From assembly GCA_044220955.1 (NCBI GenBank), contig JBGAQA010000004.1, positions 32,001 to 96,000 on the forward strand: DNA of 64,000 bases. Direction: 5' to 3'. Below are positions 1-9,407 of the stretch, piece after piece. Numbering within the stretch: the stretch's first letter is position 1; each line of letters begins with the position of its first letter. The position numbers and the translations under genes were made by a program. A model generated the notes under the pieces. The model did no database searches. It was not told the DNA's origin and saw only the letters and a program-made list of their open reading frames with translations. This stretch comes from Sandaracinaceae bacterium (lineage in GTDB: Bacteria; Myxococcota_A; Polyangia; Polyangiales; Sandaracinaceae).

Positions 1-360
1 GGCCGGACCTTCGCGCGAAGCGTCCCGTATCCCGACGGGACCACTACCCGCTGGCTCGGCGCGGGCGCGGACCCGGATTGCGTCGGCGGCGCCTGGCTTC
101 CGGATCTCGACGGTGACCTGCTGGATGCGCGGCTTCGTGTCTGGGACCAGGCCGGCCAAGCGACCGGGTGGATCGAGGTGTCCTTCGAGCCGGTGGTGCT
201 GGGCGTCGGGAGCCCACCGCCCTGTCCGGCGAGGAGCTGCACCGCGACGGGCGCACGATCGCGCCCCGATGCGTTCTGCTGGGCAATCGCGCTCGCGGCG
301 TTGGTGCACCGCGGATGCCTCACGCGCTCGCGAGGGCGCGTTGCGGATCCGGGATCGTGA
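1..360 (+). CDS. Partial (5'-truncated) protein ending in a MYXO-CTERM-like sorting tail
   Basis: Frame 1 is open from base 1 to TGA 358-360. C-terminus SCTATGARSRPDAFCWAIALAALVHR..RSR = Cys, short linker, hydrophobic helix, basic tail. Confidence 0.5.
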   Translation, partial: GRTFARSVPYPDGTTTRWLGAGADPDCVGGAWLPDLDGDLLDARLRVWDQAGQATGWIEVSFEPVVLGVGSPPPCPARSCTATGARSRPDAFCWAIALAALVHRGCLTRSRGRVADPGS

Positions 361-375
361 TTCCTCGTCACCCTC

Positions 376-1884
376 TCAGTCCTTGTTGTCTTCGCTCTGC
401 CCCACGACGCCCCAGAGCGGGAAGCTCGTCTCCGGCCCGTAGGCGACGAGCGGGAGCGTCGGATCGTGGCGGTCGGGCGCGTCCGCGTGCACGAGCTTGC
501 CGCCCACGTCGCGCAGGACGGTGCGCGAGACCGGGCCGAACGCCTCGTCGGGAACGATGCGCGGCTGCTCCTGCCCGGGCTCGAAGAACGCGTGGCCGGT
601 GCCGCGGTCGGAGAGCAGCTCGGTCAGCACGGACGGCGACACCGCGGGCACGAGCGCCATCCCCGCCGGCACGTAGATGCGGTCGGCGACCTCCGAGTAG
701 AAGCGGCCGAGCGGCACCGTCTCGATGCCGCGCTGGTCGACGAGGAAGATCGCCTTCTCGGTGATCGCCATCCTCAGCGAGGCCAGCGTGTGGCTCGGCA
801 AGAGATACAGCATCTTCGAGAGCCACTCGCGCTCGGCGATGGGCACCACCGACGCGACCACGCGGCGGGCGGGCGCGAGCGTCGGCGCCAGGCGCAGCGA
901 GACGTCCACGAGCGCCGCGCGGACGCTGGCAGGCACGAGCTCGGCGACGTTGCGCGCGTCCTCCCGCGCGAGCTCGGCGCGCACGAGCGTGCGGACGGCC
1001 GAGAGCGGCGGCAGGGGGTCGAGGCTCAGGACGGTCCCGTCGCCGCGGAACATCGTGAGGCTGTTCTCGGCGAAGAGCGACGAGCACGCGTCGAGCGAGA
1101 TCGGGTGCTTGAAGCCGAGCTCCACCGCGAAGCGGCGCCCGACCGGCTCGAAGACGCTCACGCCCGGGAGCGAGCGCAGGAGGCCCAGCACGCGCGCGGG
1201 CGGGTCGTCCACGTCGAGGACGTGCAGGCGCCGCGGCCGCTCGTCGAACGCGCTCTCGCTCGGCCACTCCGCCAAGCCCACCGAAGCCTTCACGCGCCAG
1301 CGGAAGAGGTAGCCCACGATCGCGTGCCCCACGCCGGTCTCCGCGGTCACGAGCACGCGCGTCGGCGTCGTGCGCTCGCGCGGCGGGATCGAGAAGGGCT
1401 GCAGCTTCAGCACCAGCTCGCGGAACGGGATCTCGCGATCGAACGCGTACGCCTGGCGCCACGCGTCGTGGTGGAGCACCACGTCGGCGCTGCTCTCGGT
1501 CAGCGAGACCACGTCGTAGCCGAGCGGCGCCGACGCGTCGCGGTACTTCACGAAGTGGCGCGTCGTGCCGGTGAACGCCTCGCCGCCCGCCAGCCGCGCG
1601 ACCGCCGCGACGCGATCCATGCGGTAGCTCGACTCGGCCCCGAGGGAGACGAGCACCTCCTTGGTCTTGAGCGGGCTCGTCACGCGCCTGATCGAGAGGG
1701 TCGGGAGCACCTCCTCGAGCGAGCCCTCGTCGCCGTACGCGCGGAAGAACGCGACCACGCGATCGAGCGAGCTGAAGAGGAGCACGCCCTTGCTCCCGAG
1801 CACGACGCCGCGCGAGTCGGGCGCGATCCCGGGCGTGCGGAAGCGCGTCTGGTGCAGGGCCGCGCGCTCGAGGATCGGGCTCAT
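376..1884 (-). CDS. Hypothetical protein, 502 aa (possibly a ternary conflict-system-associated domain)
   Basis: Normal protein composition, GC-rich codon usage; extended -10-like TGCTACGCT 8 nt before the ATG. No catalytic motif recognised. Confidence 0.75.
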   Translation of the reverse strand: MSPILERAALHQTRFRTPGIAPDSRGVVLGSKGVLLFSSLDRVVAFFRAYGDEGSLEEVLPTLSIRRVTSPLKTKEVLVSLGAESSYRMDRVAAVARLAGGEAFTGTTRHFVKYRDASAPLGYDVVSLTESSADVVLHHDAWRQAYAFDREIPFRELVLKLQPFSIPPRERTTPTRVLVTAETGVGHAIVGYLFRWRVKASVGLAEWPSESAFDERPRRLHVLDVDDPPARVLGLLRSLPGVSVFEPVGRRFAVELGFKHPISLDACSSLFAENSLTMFRGDGTVLSLDPLPPLSAVRTLVRAELAREDARNVAELVPASVRAALVDVSLRLAPTLAPARRVVASVVPIAEREWLSKMLYLLPSHTLASLRMAITEKAIFLVDQRGIETVPLGRFYSEVADRIYVPAGMALVPAVSPSVLTELLSDRGTGHAFFEPGQEQPRIVPDEAFGPVSRTVLRDVGGKLVHADAPDRHDPTLPLVAYGPETSFPLWGVVGQSEDNKD

Positions 1885-1952
1885 CGAGCGGGAGCGTAGC
1901 AGGGCGCCGCCGCGCCCTCGACGCGGCCCACCCCGCGGGCGACGATGCGCGC

Positions 1953-2429
1953 ATGCCCACGGTGAACCCGAGCCTCGACGAGATGGCGCGCTTCGAGCGA
2001 GAGACGCCCGACGACGCGCCCATCGTGATGCTGAACCTCCTGCGCTTCCGGGACGAGGCCGACTACGGGCCCGAGGGACCGCGCGGCGTGCCCGGGAAGA
2101 AGGCGTACGCCGCCTACAGCCGCGCAGTCATGCCGCTGCTCCTCGAGGTCGGCGGGCTGCCGCTCTGGATGGGCCGCGCGCGCGCGAGCGTGATCGCGCC
2201 CGAGGACGAGACGTGGGACGAGGTGCTGCTCGTACACTACCCGTCGCGCCGGGCGTTTCTCCGGATGGTGCGCTCGCCCGCCTATCGAGAGGTCATGCGC
2301 CATCGCACGGCGGCGCTCGCGGACTCGCGCCTGGTCGAGACGCGACCTGCATTCTTGCCGCGCTGGCTCCTGCGCGCGGGCCGGCTCGCCGTGCGCGCGA
2401 AGGCGCTCGTGGCGCCCGGCGTTCGATGA
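1953..2429 (+). CDS. DUF1330 family protein
   Basis: PIVMLNLLRFR...AYAAY...WDEVLLVHYPSRRAFLRM...RHRTAALADSRL, typical of this family. Confidence 0.8.
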   Translation: MPTVNPSLDEMARFERETPDDAPIVMLNLLRFRDEADYGPEGPRGVPGKKAYAAYSRAVMPLLLEVGGLPLWMGRARASVIAPEDETWDEVLLVHYPSRRAFLRMVRSPAYREVMRHRTAALADSRLVETRPAFLPRWLLRAGRLAVRAKALVAPGVR

Positions 2430-2436
2430 CCGCGTT

Positions 2437-3618
2437 CTACCTGGGTGCAGGCTGAGCCAGGGCGCGCGCGAGGTCCGCGATCGCCGCGGCCCGACGGCCG
2501 GCGCGGCCGCGTCCCGCCGCGCGCGGCGCGAGGCCGCGCTCCTCGGACAGGCTCTCGGGCGTCCCGGTGCGGCGGTTCTCGAGCATCCGGAACACGAGCC
2601 GCAGGTCGAGCCGCTCCGGGATCGGCAGCCCCGCGCCGCGGAGCGCGTGGACGGCGTGCGTCCCCCAGTGGACCACGACGTCGCCTTCGCCGACGAGCTG
2701 GCGCCACGCGTCGAGCAGCTCCGCGCCGTCCGTGCCCGCCGCGAGCGTGTCCGCGTCGAGCTCCGCGTGGGCGGTCGTCCCGGGCGCGAGGACACCTCGC
2801 GTCCGGACCACGCGGTCGAGCCGCCGGCCGTCCTCCACGCGCTCGGCGACCAGGTGTACGAGCTCTCCGTGCGGCTCGCGGGCACGCTCCGGCGTGCCGT
2901 GCGGCCACGCGCTCGACTCGACCGACACGCACACCAGCGCATCCCGCCGCGTGAGGAGCGGCTCGGGCACGGGCGGCTTCTTGCGCTCGACCCCGCGCGG
3001 CCGTCGCGCGCGTGGCGCGTGGAGGCGGCTCGCGTGCTCGATCTGCGCGTCGATCATCGCGCGGAACGGCGCCAGCATCGCGGCGAAGCGTGCCGGGTCG
3101 TCCTCGAGCGTGCCCAGCACGTGGGCGAGCGCCTCGATCGTCGAGACGTAGTCCTCCCGCGGCTCGCGCCGGATGCGGTACTCGCTCGGGGCATGCGGGA
3201 CGAACGTCAGTCGCGGCAGCGCCGCGAGCGCGGTCGATGCGCGCACCACGTTCTTCGCGTGGGACCACGTACCGTCGACGACCACGAGCGTCCGCGGTCG
3301 CGCGTCGCCGAGCGCGGCGAGGTCGGTCGCGTCCTGCCCCGGGTAGAGGAGCGCGGCCCGCTCCGGCGACTGCCCCAGGATGCGCGCGAGCGCGTCGTCG
3401 CTCCAGCGAGCGCCGACGTGGAGCTCGGCCCCCGCGATGCAGAGGCTCGCCATGCGCGCCGTGCCGATGGCGACCCTGCGCTCGCGCGGGTGCTGCAGGA
3501 TCACGACGCGCGTGCGGGTCGCCAGCGCAGGCAGGTGCGCGCAGTAGCAGAGGCGCTCGGGGCGCAGGCACCGCGCGCAGCTCGGGCGCGGCTCGAAGCT
3601 CGACGTGCTCACGCTCAC
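2437..3618 (-). CDS. DTW-domain tRNA-uridine aminocarboxypropyltransferase with a C-terminal degenerate DEDD-exonuclease-like domain
   Basis: N-terminal CxxC..CYC, LQHPRE, GTA, VVVDGTW, Y.IR.EP and STIEA motifs; extra ~160 aa C-terminal domain. Confidence 0.85.
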   Translation of the reverse strand: MSVSTSSFEPRPSCARCLRPERLCYCAHLPALATRTRVVILQHPRERRVAIGTARMASLCIAGAELHVGARWSDDALARILGQSPERAALLYPGQDATDLAALGDARPRTLVVVDGTWSHAKNVVRASTALAALPRLTFVPHAPSEYRIRREPREDYVSTIEALAHVLGTLEDDPARFAAMLAPFRAMIDAQIEHASRLHAPRARRPRGVERKKPPVPEPLLTRRDALVCVSVESSAWPHGTPERAREPHGELVHLVAERVEDGRRLDRVVRTRGVLAPGTTAHAELDADTLAAGTDGAELLDAWRQLVGEGDVVVHWGTHAVHALRGAGLPIPERLDLRLVFRMLENRRTGTPESLSEERGLAPRAAGRGRAGRRAAAIADLARALAQPAPR

Positions 3619-3675
3619 GACGGGGAGTCCTGGGTAGTACGCCTTTCACCGTGCTCGCGGTAGTCTCCCCGCCAT

Positions 3676-4146
3676 ATGAGCGCGATCGATGCGGTCGGGA
3701 TCGAGGCGAGGCAGGTCTTGCTCGAGGTGATGATGAGCGTCGCGTGGGCCGATCGCGAGCTCGCGCCCGAGGAGCGGCAGGCGGCGAACGCGGCGGCGCT
3801 CGCGCTCGGGCTCGTCAATCCGGGCGAGCGCGACGTGATCTCGCCCGAGCGCAGGCCCATCCCGGTCGAGGAGATCGACGTCACGGCCCTCAAGGAGCGG
3901 GATCGCGAGCTCGTCTATCTCTGCGCGGCGTGGATGGCGATGGCCGACAGCATCGAGCAGTCCGAGGAGACGCAGCTCCTGGTCCGGATGCGGGAGAAGC
4001 TCGCGATCGGCGCCGAGCGCGCGGGCTGGCTGATGGCGCGCGCCGTGGACCTGCGCAAGAAGCAGGCGCTCGAGCGGGCCTCGTGGTGGCGCGCCTTCGA
4101 TCGGCTCGTCGTCGAGGCGGCGCGCGCGCTGCCCCGCTCGGGGTGA
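3676..4146 (+). CDS. TerB-like (tellurite resistance/co-chaperone-like) protein
   Basis: Two TerB-type half motifs: MSVAWADRELAPEE and MAMADSIEQSEE. Confidence 0.65.
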   Translation: MSAIDAVGIEARQVLLEVMMSVAWADRELAPEERQAANAAALALGLVNPGERDVISPERRPIPVEEIDVTALKERDRELVYLCAAWMAMADSIEQSEETQLLVRMREKLAIGAERAGWLMARAVDLRKKQALERASWWRAFDRLVVEAARALPRSG

Positions 4147-4544
4147 CGAGCTTGCGCTGGGCGCTCCTGCTCCTCTTCCTCGTCGGGGTCTCGGCGTCGC
4201 GCGTGTCGGCAGACGACGAGGCGCTGCGCGCGAGGCTCGACGCGCTCGGCACCATCGCCGAGCCCGAGGCCGATCTCGCGCGGGCCGCGCGCGCGGCGCT
4301 CGAGCGCGCCTCGGCCGACCGCTCACGCGGCGACGAGCCCGCTGCGGCGCGAGCCGAGCGGATCGCGGAGGCCACGATCGGCCTGATCGAGCGCCGGCGT
4401 GCGCGCGCGGGGGCCGAGCAGAGGCGGCGCGTGGCCGAGCGCGAGCGCGACGCGCTGCGCGCCCGGGTGGAGCAAGCGCGGGGCGCGGCCGCGAGCGATG
4501 CGCGCGAGCGCGAGCGCCTCGATCCCGCGAGGACGACGCCGTGA
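4143..4544 (+). CDS. Secreted helical protein (DUF4398-like partner of the OmpA-like gene)
   Basis: GTG overlaps the upstream stop (GTGA). Signal peptide MTSLRWALLLLFLVGVSASRVSA followed by an Ala/Arg coiled coil. It is the 3' part of ORF 3012..4544. Confidence 0.6.
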   Translation: MTSLRWALLLLFLVGVSASRVSADDEALRARLDALGTIAEPEADLARAARAALERASADRSRGDEPAAARAERIAEATIGLIERRRARAGAEQRRRVAERERDALRARVEQARGAAASDARERERLDPARTTP

Positions 4545-5692
4545 GGTGGGCGCTGGTCGCGCTGGCGCTGCTGGGCGCCTGCGGAGGCGCGCCGCGCGCC
4601 GCCGCGACGCTCGACGCGGACCTCGAGGCCATCGGTCTCGACGCCGCGAGCACGCGCGCTCCGGACCTCGCGAGCGCGGCGCGGAGCGCGGCGGACCAGG
4701 CCCGCGCGGCGGACGCACGCGGCGACGCGGCCGCGGCGGCCGACGAGGCCACGCTCGCGCGTCTGTTCGCGCAGGCGGCCGTCGAGGAGTCGGCGCGCCT
4801 GTCGGCCGACGACGCGCGTCTCGCGGCCGAGCGCGAGACGCTCGACGCGGAGGCGGCGCTGCACGCGGCGGAGGCCGGGAGCGCCGAGAGCGCCGCCGCG
4901 CTCGCCCGGCTCGCGGCGGCGCGCACGGCGCGAGAAGAGGGTGCACGGGCGCTCGCGCGCGCGGAGATCGACGAGGCGCGCCCCGGTCGCGCGCGACAGG
5001 ACTCGCTGAGCGACGCGGGCGAGATGCGCAGCGCGGCGCGGGCCATCCGCGATCGTGCGCGCCTGCTCTGGTCGGCGGCGCTCGCCCTCGGGGCCCCGCC
5101 CACGACGGAGGTGGACGATCTCATCGCCGCTTCGGACGCCGCAGACGTGCCGATCGAGCAAGTGCGGCTGGCCGACAGGGCGCACGCCGCGGCGCGCGCG
5201 CGCCTCGCCGAGGCCCGGCGCGCCCACCCCGGCGTCGACGCCGCGCGGATCGCTTCCCTCGTCGAGGCGGCCGAGAGCGAGGGCTTCCGCATCGTGCGGC
5301 TCGGCCGCGGGATGGGGATCGAGCTCGACGAGGTGTTCACGGGATCGGCCGTGCGCCCGAGCCGCGCCGCCGAGGGACGGCTCGCGAGGCTCGCGGCGCT
5401 CGTCGCGTCGTACCCGGACGGCCCCGTGCTCGTGGAGATCGACTCGCCGACCGCCGCCGACGCGTCCCGCAGCGCGCCGCAGCGCGCCGCGGCCGTCGTG
5501 CGCGCGCTGGTCGCGGGCGGTGTCGACGCCTCGCGCGTGTCGGCCGCAGATCCGATCGCACCCGACGGCGCGCCGGGCCCCACGTCGCGCGTGCGCGTCG
5601 TGCTCGTCGCCTACCTCGACGCCCTTCCTGCCTCGGGAGGGGCGATCCCGGTCACGAGCGGCGCGAGCGACGCGGACGCCGCCAGCGAGTGA
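4541..5692 (+). CDS. Lipoprotein with coiled coil and degenerate OmpA-like C-terminal domain
   Basis: Lipobox LLGAC; C-terminal QRAAAVVRALVAGGVDASRV and RVRVVL, but no GHTD motif. Confidence 0.7.
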   Translation: MRWALVALALLGACGGAPRAAATLDADLEAIGLDAASTRAPDLASAARSAADQARAADARGDAAAAADEATLARLFAQAAVEESARLSADDARLAAERETLDAEAALHAAEAGSAESAAALARLAAARTAREEGARALARAEIDEARPGRARQDSLSDAGEMRSAARAIRDRARLLWSAALALGAPPTTEVDDLIAASDAADVPIEQVRLADRAHAAARARLAEARRAHPGVDAARIASLVEAAESEGFRIVRLGRGMGIELDEVFTGSAVRPSRAAEGRLARLAALVASYPDGPVLVEIDSPTAADASRSAPQRAAAVVRALVAGGVDASRVSAADPIAPDGAPGPTSRVRVVLVAYLDALPASGGAIPVTSGASDADAASE

Positions 5693-5764
5693 TCGAGCAG
5701 GACCCTCGGTCGCGGGCGAAGGGGCACGACGCCCGCGCGACCGGTCGCGAGCGGTGAGCGCGGC

Positions 5765-6817
5765 TCAGCCGATCAGGCGCGCGATCCTCGGAGGAAGCGG
5801 CGCCGTGCTCCCGACGGGGTGCGTGCTCGAGAGGGTGTGCACGAAGAGCAGGCGCCGCCCGCGGCGGGGGCCCCGGGCCGCGCGCACGAGGCTCGCGAAG
5901 GCCTTCTCCGTGTAGGTGGCGTCGAGCGCGAGCCCGCCGACGTCCTCCGCCAGCCGTCCGGCCTCGCGGCCGCTCGGAGTGGGGATCCCGTACCCCCGGC
6001 CGATCTCCGCGTCGTCGAGGATCATGTTGTCGAGGGCGAGCTCCGCGACGTCGGGGAAGCGATCGTCGAGGGAGCGAAGGACGTCGGTCGCCGTGCGCAG
6101 GCGCGAGGCGAGCCACGCGCGGCGCACCACGCCCGCGGGCAGCACCCGGACTCCGACGACGCTCGCCATGACGCCCGCCGCGGCCAAGCCCAGCGCGAGC
6201 CCGGCGAGCGTCCCGCCGCTCCCGAGCGCCACGAAGATCGCGTCCGGCTCGGATCCCTTCGCCTCGAGCAGCTGCCCGGCGAGCTCGAGGCCCGCATCGA
6301 CGTAGCCGATGACCCCGGGGGCTTCCGAGCCGCCGGGCCCGATCACGTAGGGCCGCCTGCCTTGCGCCCGGAGCCTCAGCAAGAGCGCGGCCATCGCCGG
6401 TGCGACCGCCACGTAGACGGGCACCGGGTGGATCTCGGCGCCCGCCGCGATGCTCGCCCTCAGGGTGCTCTCGACGTGCGGCGTGCGCTTCTGCGGGACC
6501 ATCACCGCATGCACGTCCAGGCCGAGCTTGCGCCCGTAGAGGGTCGTCGCGAGCACGTGGTGAGATCCCGCAGCGCCCGTCGTCACGATCGTGTCTGCGC
6601 GCGACTCGAGGGCGTCGGCCAGCAGCCGCTCGAGCTTGCGGACCTTGTTTCCGCCGTACTGCCCGGGCGCACCGGTCAGGTCGTCGCGCTTGATCCAGAT
6701 CTCGCTCGCGAGCGCGTCCGTCAGGTGCGCGGAGCGCTCGAGCGGCGTGGGAAACGCACCGAGCGAGACGTGCGGGAGCGAGCGGAGACGGCTCCAGCGC
6801 TGGGAGAGCACGCTCAT
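5765..6817 (-). CDS. PLP-dependent D-cysteine desulfhydrase / ACC deaminase family protein
   Basis: PTPLE, IKRDD, GGNKVRKLE, GSGGT and LDATYTEKA motifs; start trimmed to ATG 6817. Confidence 0.9.
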   Translation of the reverse strand: MSVLSQRWSRLRSLPHVSLGAFPTPLERSAHLTDALASEIWIKRDDLTGAPGQYGGNKVRKLERLLADALESRADTIVTTGAAGSHHVLATTLYGRKLGLDVHAVMVPQKRTPHVESTLRASIAAGAEIHPVPVYVAVAPAMAALLLRLRAQGRRPYVIGPGGSEAPGVIGYVDAGLELAGQLLEAKGSEPDAIFVALGSGGTLAGLALGLAAAGVMASVVGVRVLPAGVVRRAWLASRLRTATDVLRSLDDRFPDVAELALDNMILDDAEIGRGYGIPTPSGREAGRLAEDVGGLALDATYTEKAFASLVRAARGPRRGRRLLFVHTLSSTHPVGSTAPLPPRIARLIG

Positions 6818-6892
6818 CGTGAGGTGGCGTCTGCTACCACCTTCGCGCGTTCGTGTCGCGTCCGTCGCGCGATTGACGTACCATGCCCGGCC

Positions 6893-7540
6893 ATGAACCG
6901 CGCTGCTCGTCTCGCTGGCTTCCTCGCGCTCGCCTCCGCAGCCTCGGCCTTCGCGGGCTGTGGCACCGCCACCACGCTCGACGAGGACGCGGGCACGGGC
7001 GGCGGCACCGACACCGGCATCACGATCGGTCGCGACACGGGCACGACGACGATGACCGACACGGGCACGACGACGCCGGCCGACACGGGCATCATCGTCA
7101 TCCCGGAGGACACGGGCCCGGGCCCGGGCCGCGACGGAGGGCCCTTCATGCGGCCCGACATGGGCCCGCCGATGCCCGGCAACGACGCGGGGACGACGAT
7201 GGGCGTGATGTGCGGCACGGCCGTCTGCGGCGCGAGCGAGATCTGCTGCGTCACGCGCGACCCGGGCGGCATGATGCTCTCGATGGCTTGCACGACCGAG
7301 GCGGCGTGCACGGGCGTGCCGGTCAGCTGCGACGGTCCCGAGGACTGCGGGGGCGGTGAGGTGTGCTGCGCGAGCGGCGGCGCCGGCGGCATGGGCAGCG
7401 CGATGTGCGCGCCCGACGCGGACTGCGGCGGCTTCACGTCGGTGCGGCTCTGCCACACGGACGGCGACTGCTCGGCGGGCGACGCGTGCTGCATGTTCAT
7501 GGGCATCAGCGCCTGCTTGCCGCCGATCGCCTGCCGCTGA
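6893..7540 (+). CDS. Cys-rich lipoprotein with DTG-repeat linker
   Basis: Lipobox AFAGC; DAG/DTG linker; C-terminal CDGPEDC..VCC, LCHTDGDC. Confidence 0.8.
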   Translation: MNRAARLAGFLALASAASAFAGCGTATTLDEDAGTGGGTDTGITIGRDTGTTTMTDTGTTTPADTGIIVIPEDTGPGPGRDGGPFMRPDMGPPMPGNDAGTTMGVMCGTAVCGASEICCVTRDPGGMMLSMACTTEAACTGVPVSCDGPEDCGGGEVCCASGGAGGMGSAMCAPDADCGGFTSVRLCHTDGDCSAGDACCMFMGISACLPPIACR

Positions 7541-7577
7541 CCCGATCCCACGGCGGGGCGCCCGTGGGCCTGGTGGC

Positions 7578-8255
7578 ATGAGCTTCGCGCGCATCCTCGA
7601 GCCCGAGCTGATGGACACCGAGGAGGAGGCCCTCGAGTACCACGCCATGGACTTCTCGGAGCCCGACGCGCGATTCGCGCGCGACGCCGTGGCGCTGCTC
7701 GGGGGACTTCCGAGGCCCGAGCTGATCGACTTCGGGGCGGGCACCGCCAAGATCCCGGTGATGATCTGCCGCGCGCGCCCCGACGCGCGGGTGCACGCGA
7801 TCGATCCGGCCGCCGAGATGCTGAAGGTCGCGGCTCGGCACGTCGCAGACGCGGGGCTCGCAGGGGCGATCACGCTCGCGCGCTCGGACGGCCGCGCGAC
7901 CAAGCTCGCTGCGGCGCGCTTCGACGCGGTGCTCTCGAACTCGACCGTGCACCACATCCACCAGCCGCTCGCGCTCTTGCGCGAGATGAAGCGTGTGCTC
8001 AAGCCCGGCGGCGCGATCCTCGTCCGTGATCTCTGCCGTCCGCGCTCGATGGACGAGGCGTGGGCGATCGTGAAGCGCGTCGCCGCCGGGGACTCCCTGC
8101 GCCAGCAGCAGCTCTTCTTCGACTCGCTCTGCGCCGCGCTGAACGTCGAAGAGGTGGAGAGGCTGCTCGCCGAGGTGGGCTGGCGCGAGCTGAAGGTGAC
8201 GATGAGCTCGGACCGCCACTGGTCGATCGAGCGCCGCGCCTCGGCGGCGCCCTGA
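7578..8255 (+). CDS. Class I SAM-dependent methyltransferase
   Basis: RILEPELMD, motif I IDFGAGTA, FDAVLSNSTVHH, LKPGG, RDLCRP. Confidence 0.9.
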   Translation: MSFARILEPELMDTEEEALEYHAMDFSEPDARFARDAVALLGGLPRPELIDFGAGTAKIPVMICRARPDARVHAIDPAAEMLKVAARHVADAGLAGAITLARSDGRATKLAAARFDAVLSNSTVHHIHQPLALLREMKRVLKPGGAILVRDLCRPRSMDEAWAIVKRVAAGDSLRQQQLFFDSLCAALNVEEVERLLAEVGWRELKVTMSSDRHWSIERRASAAP

Positions 8256-8266
8256 GGGGCCCGCGC

Positions 8267-9385
8267 TCAGGGGCAGAACGCGCGCTCCGGCAGCTCGCAC
8301 GTGAGGCTGCTGCCGCAGCGCCCGCTGTAGCACTGCTCGCTCACCGAGCAGCTCTGCCCGAGGCCCCGCATCGCCTCGCAGACGGAGAGCAGGCAGACGT
8401 GGTCGGCGACGCACGCGGCTGGATCGAAGCAGTCGCCCCCGGCGAGCTGCACCGGCGCACAGGCGAGGGGAGAGCCCTGGCAGGCATGGCCCTCGGGACA
8501 GACCCCCTGGCCGACGCAGGGCTCGCCGACGCCGGGATTCGCGGCGCAGACCGAGCCGTGGTCGTAGTCGCAGAACAGGCCCTCCGCGCACCAGCGCGCG
8601 GGGTCGACGTCGGTGGAGAAGTCGAACGGGTTCACACAGGCGTCCCCGAGCGCCGCACGTCGCAGGTCGCGCACCTCGTGGCAGGTGCCCGCCGAGCAGC
8701 GAAGCGCGCCCTCGCAGCCCGCCGCTCCACAGGCCTGGCCGAGCCCCGGGCGCGCGCTCGTGTCGGTCGCGCACACGCCCGTCGCGTCGCATCTCAGACC
8801 GCGCGCGCACGGCGCGGCCGTGCACGCCTGGCCGAGCTGGGCCTCCAGGGCGCAGCGGCCTGCACAGGTGCACACGCCCGCCGCACACTCGGCCGTCCGG
8901 GTGCACGCAGCTCCGGCGGCGACGGTGCCGTGGAGGGCGGCGCGGCACGCGTCCGGCCACTCCGTGTCGCTCGGGATCGCCCCCGAGGCGCACACGGCGT
9001 CGTCGAAGGCCATCAGACAGGCGGAGGCCATGCTCGCGTCGAACGCGACGTCGGGGGACGCGAGCAGCTCGCCGTAGCGCCCCCGCGTCACCGCCAGGCA
9101 CTGGGCGCGCGAGAGGAACCTCTGGGTGAAGTCGAGGTCCGCCAGCGCGCAGTGGAACGCGGCGTCGCATCCGAGGCTCGCCATGGCGTCCACCAGCTCG
9201 GCCGCGCTCGTGGGCAGTGCCGCGTCGAGCTGCACCCCGGAGTCGCGCGGAGCGTCGGCGTCGAGCGGAGCGCCCGTGTCGGGGAGCGCGCTCGCGTCGG
9301 CGCCCGTCGCCGCGTCGGTCGGCGCGGCGGGCGAGGGACATCCGGTCACGATCAGGGCACAGAAGAGCAGCAGGGATCGGGTCAC
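8267..9385 (-). CDS. Cys-rich (Dickkopf-like repeat) lipoprotein
   Basis: GTG start, lipobox IVTGC, repeated G..C....C..GL.C units. Confidence 0.75.
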   Translation of the reverse strand: MTRSLLLFCALIVTGCPSPAAPTDAATGADASALPDTGAPLDADAPRDSGVQLDAALPTSAAELVDAMASLGCDAAFHCALADLDFTQRFLSRAQCLAVTRGRYGELLASPDVAFDASMASACLMAFDDAVCASGAIPSDTEWPDACRAALHGTVAAGAACTRTAECAAGVCTCAGRCALEAQLGQACTAAPCARGLRCDATGVCATDTSARPGLGQACGAAGCEGALRCSAGTCHEVRDLRRAALGDACVNPFDFSTDVDPARWCAEGLFCDYDHGSVCAANPGVGEPCVGQGVCPEGHACQGSPLACAPVQLAGGDCFDPAACVADHVCLLSVCEAMRGLGQSCSVSEQCYSGRCGSSLTCELPERAFCP

Positions 9386-9407
9386 GGCGGGGCCTTTCGC
9401 GGGGGGC

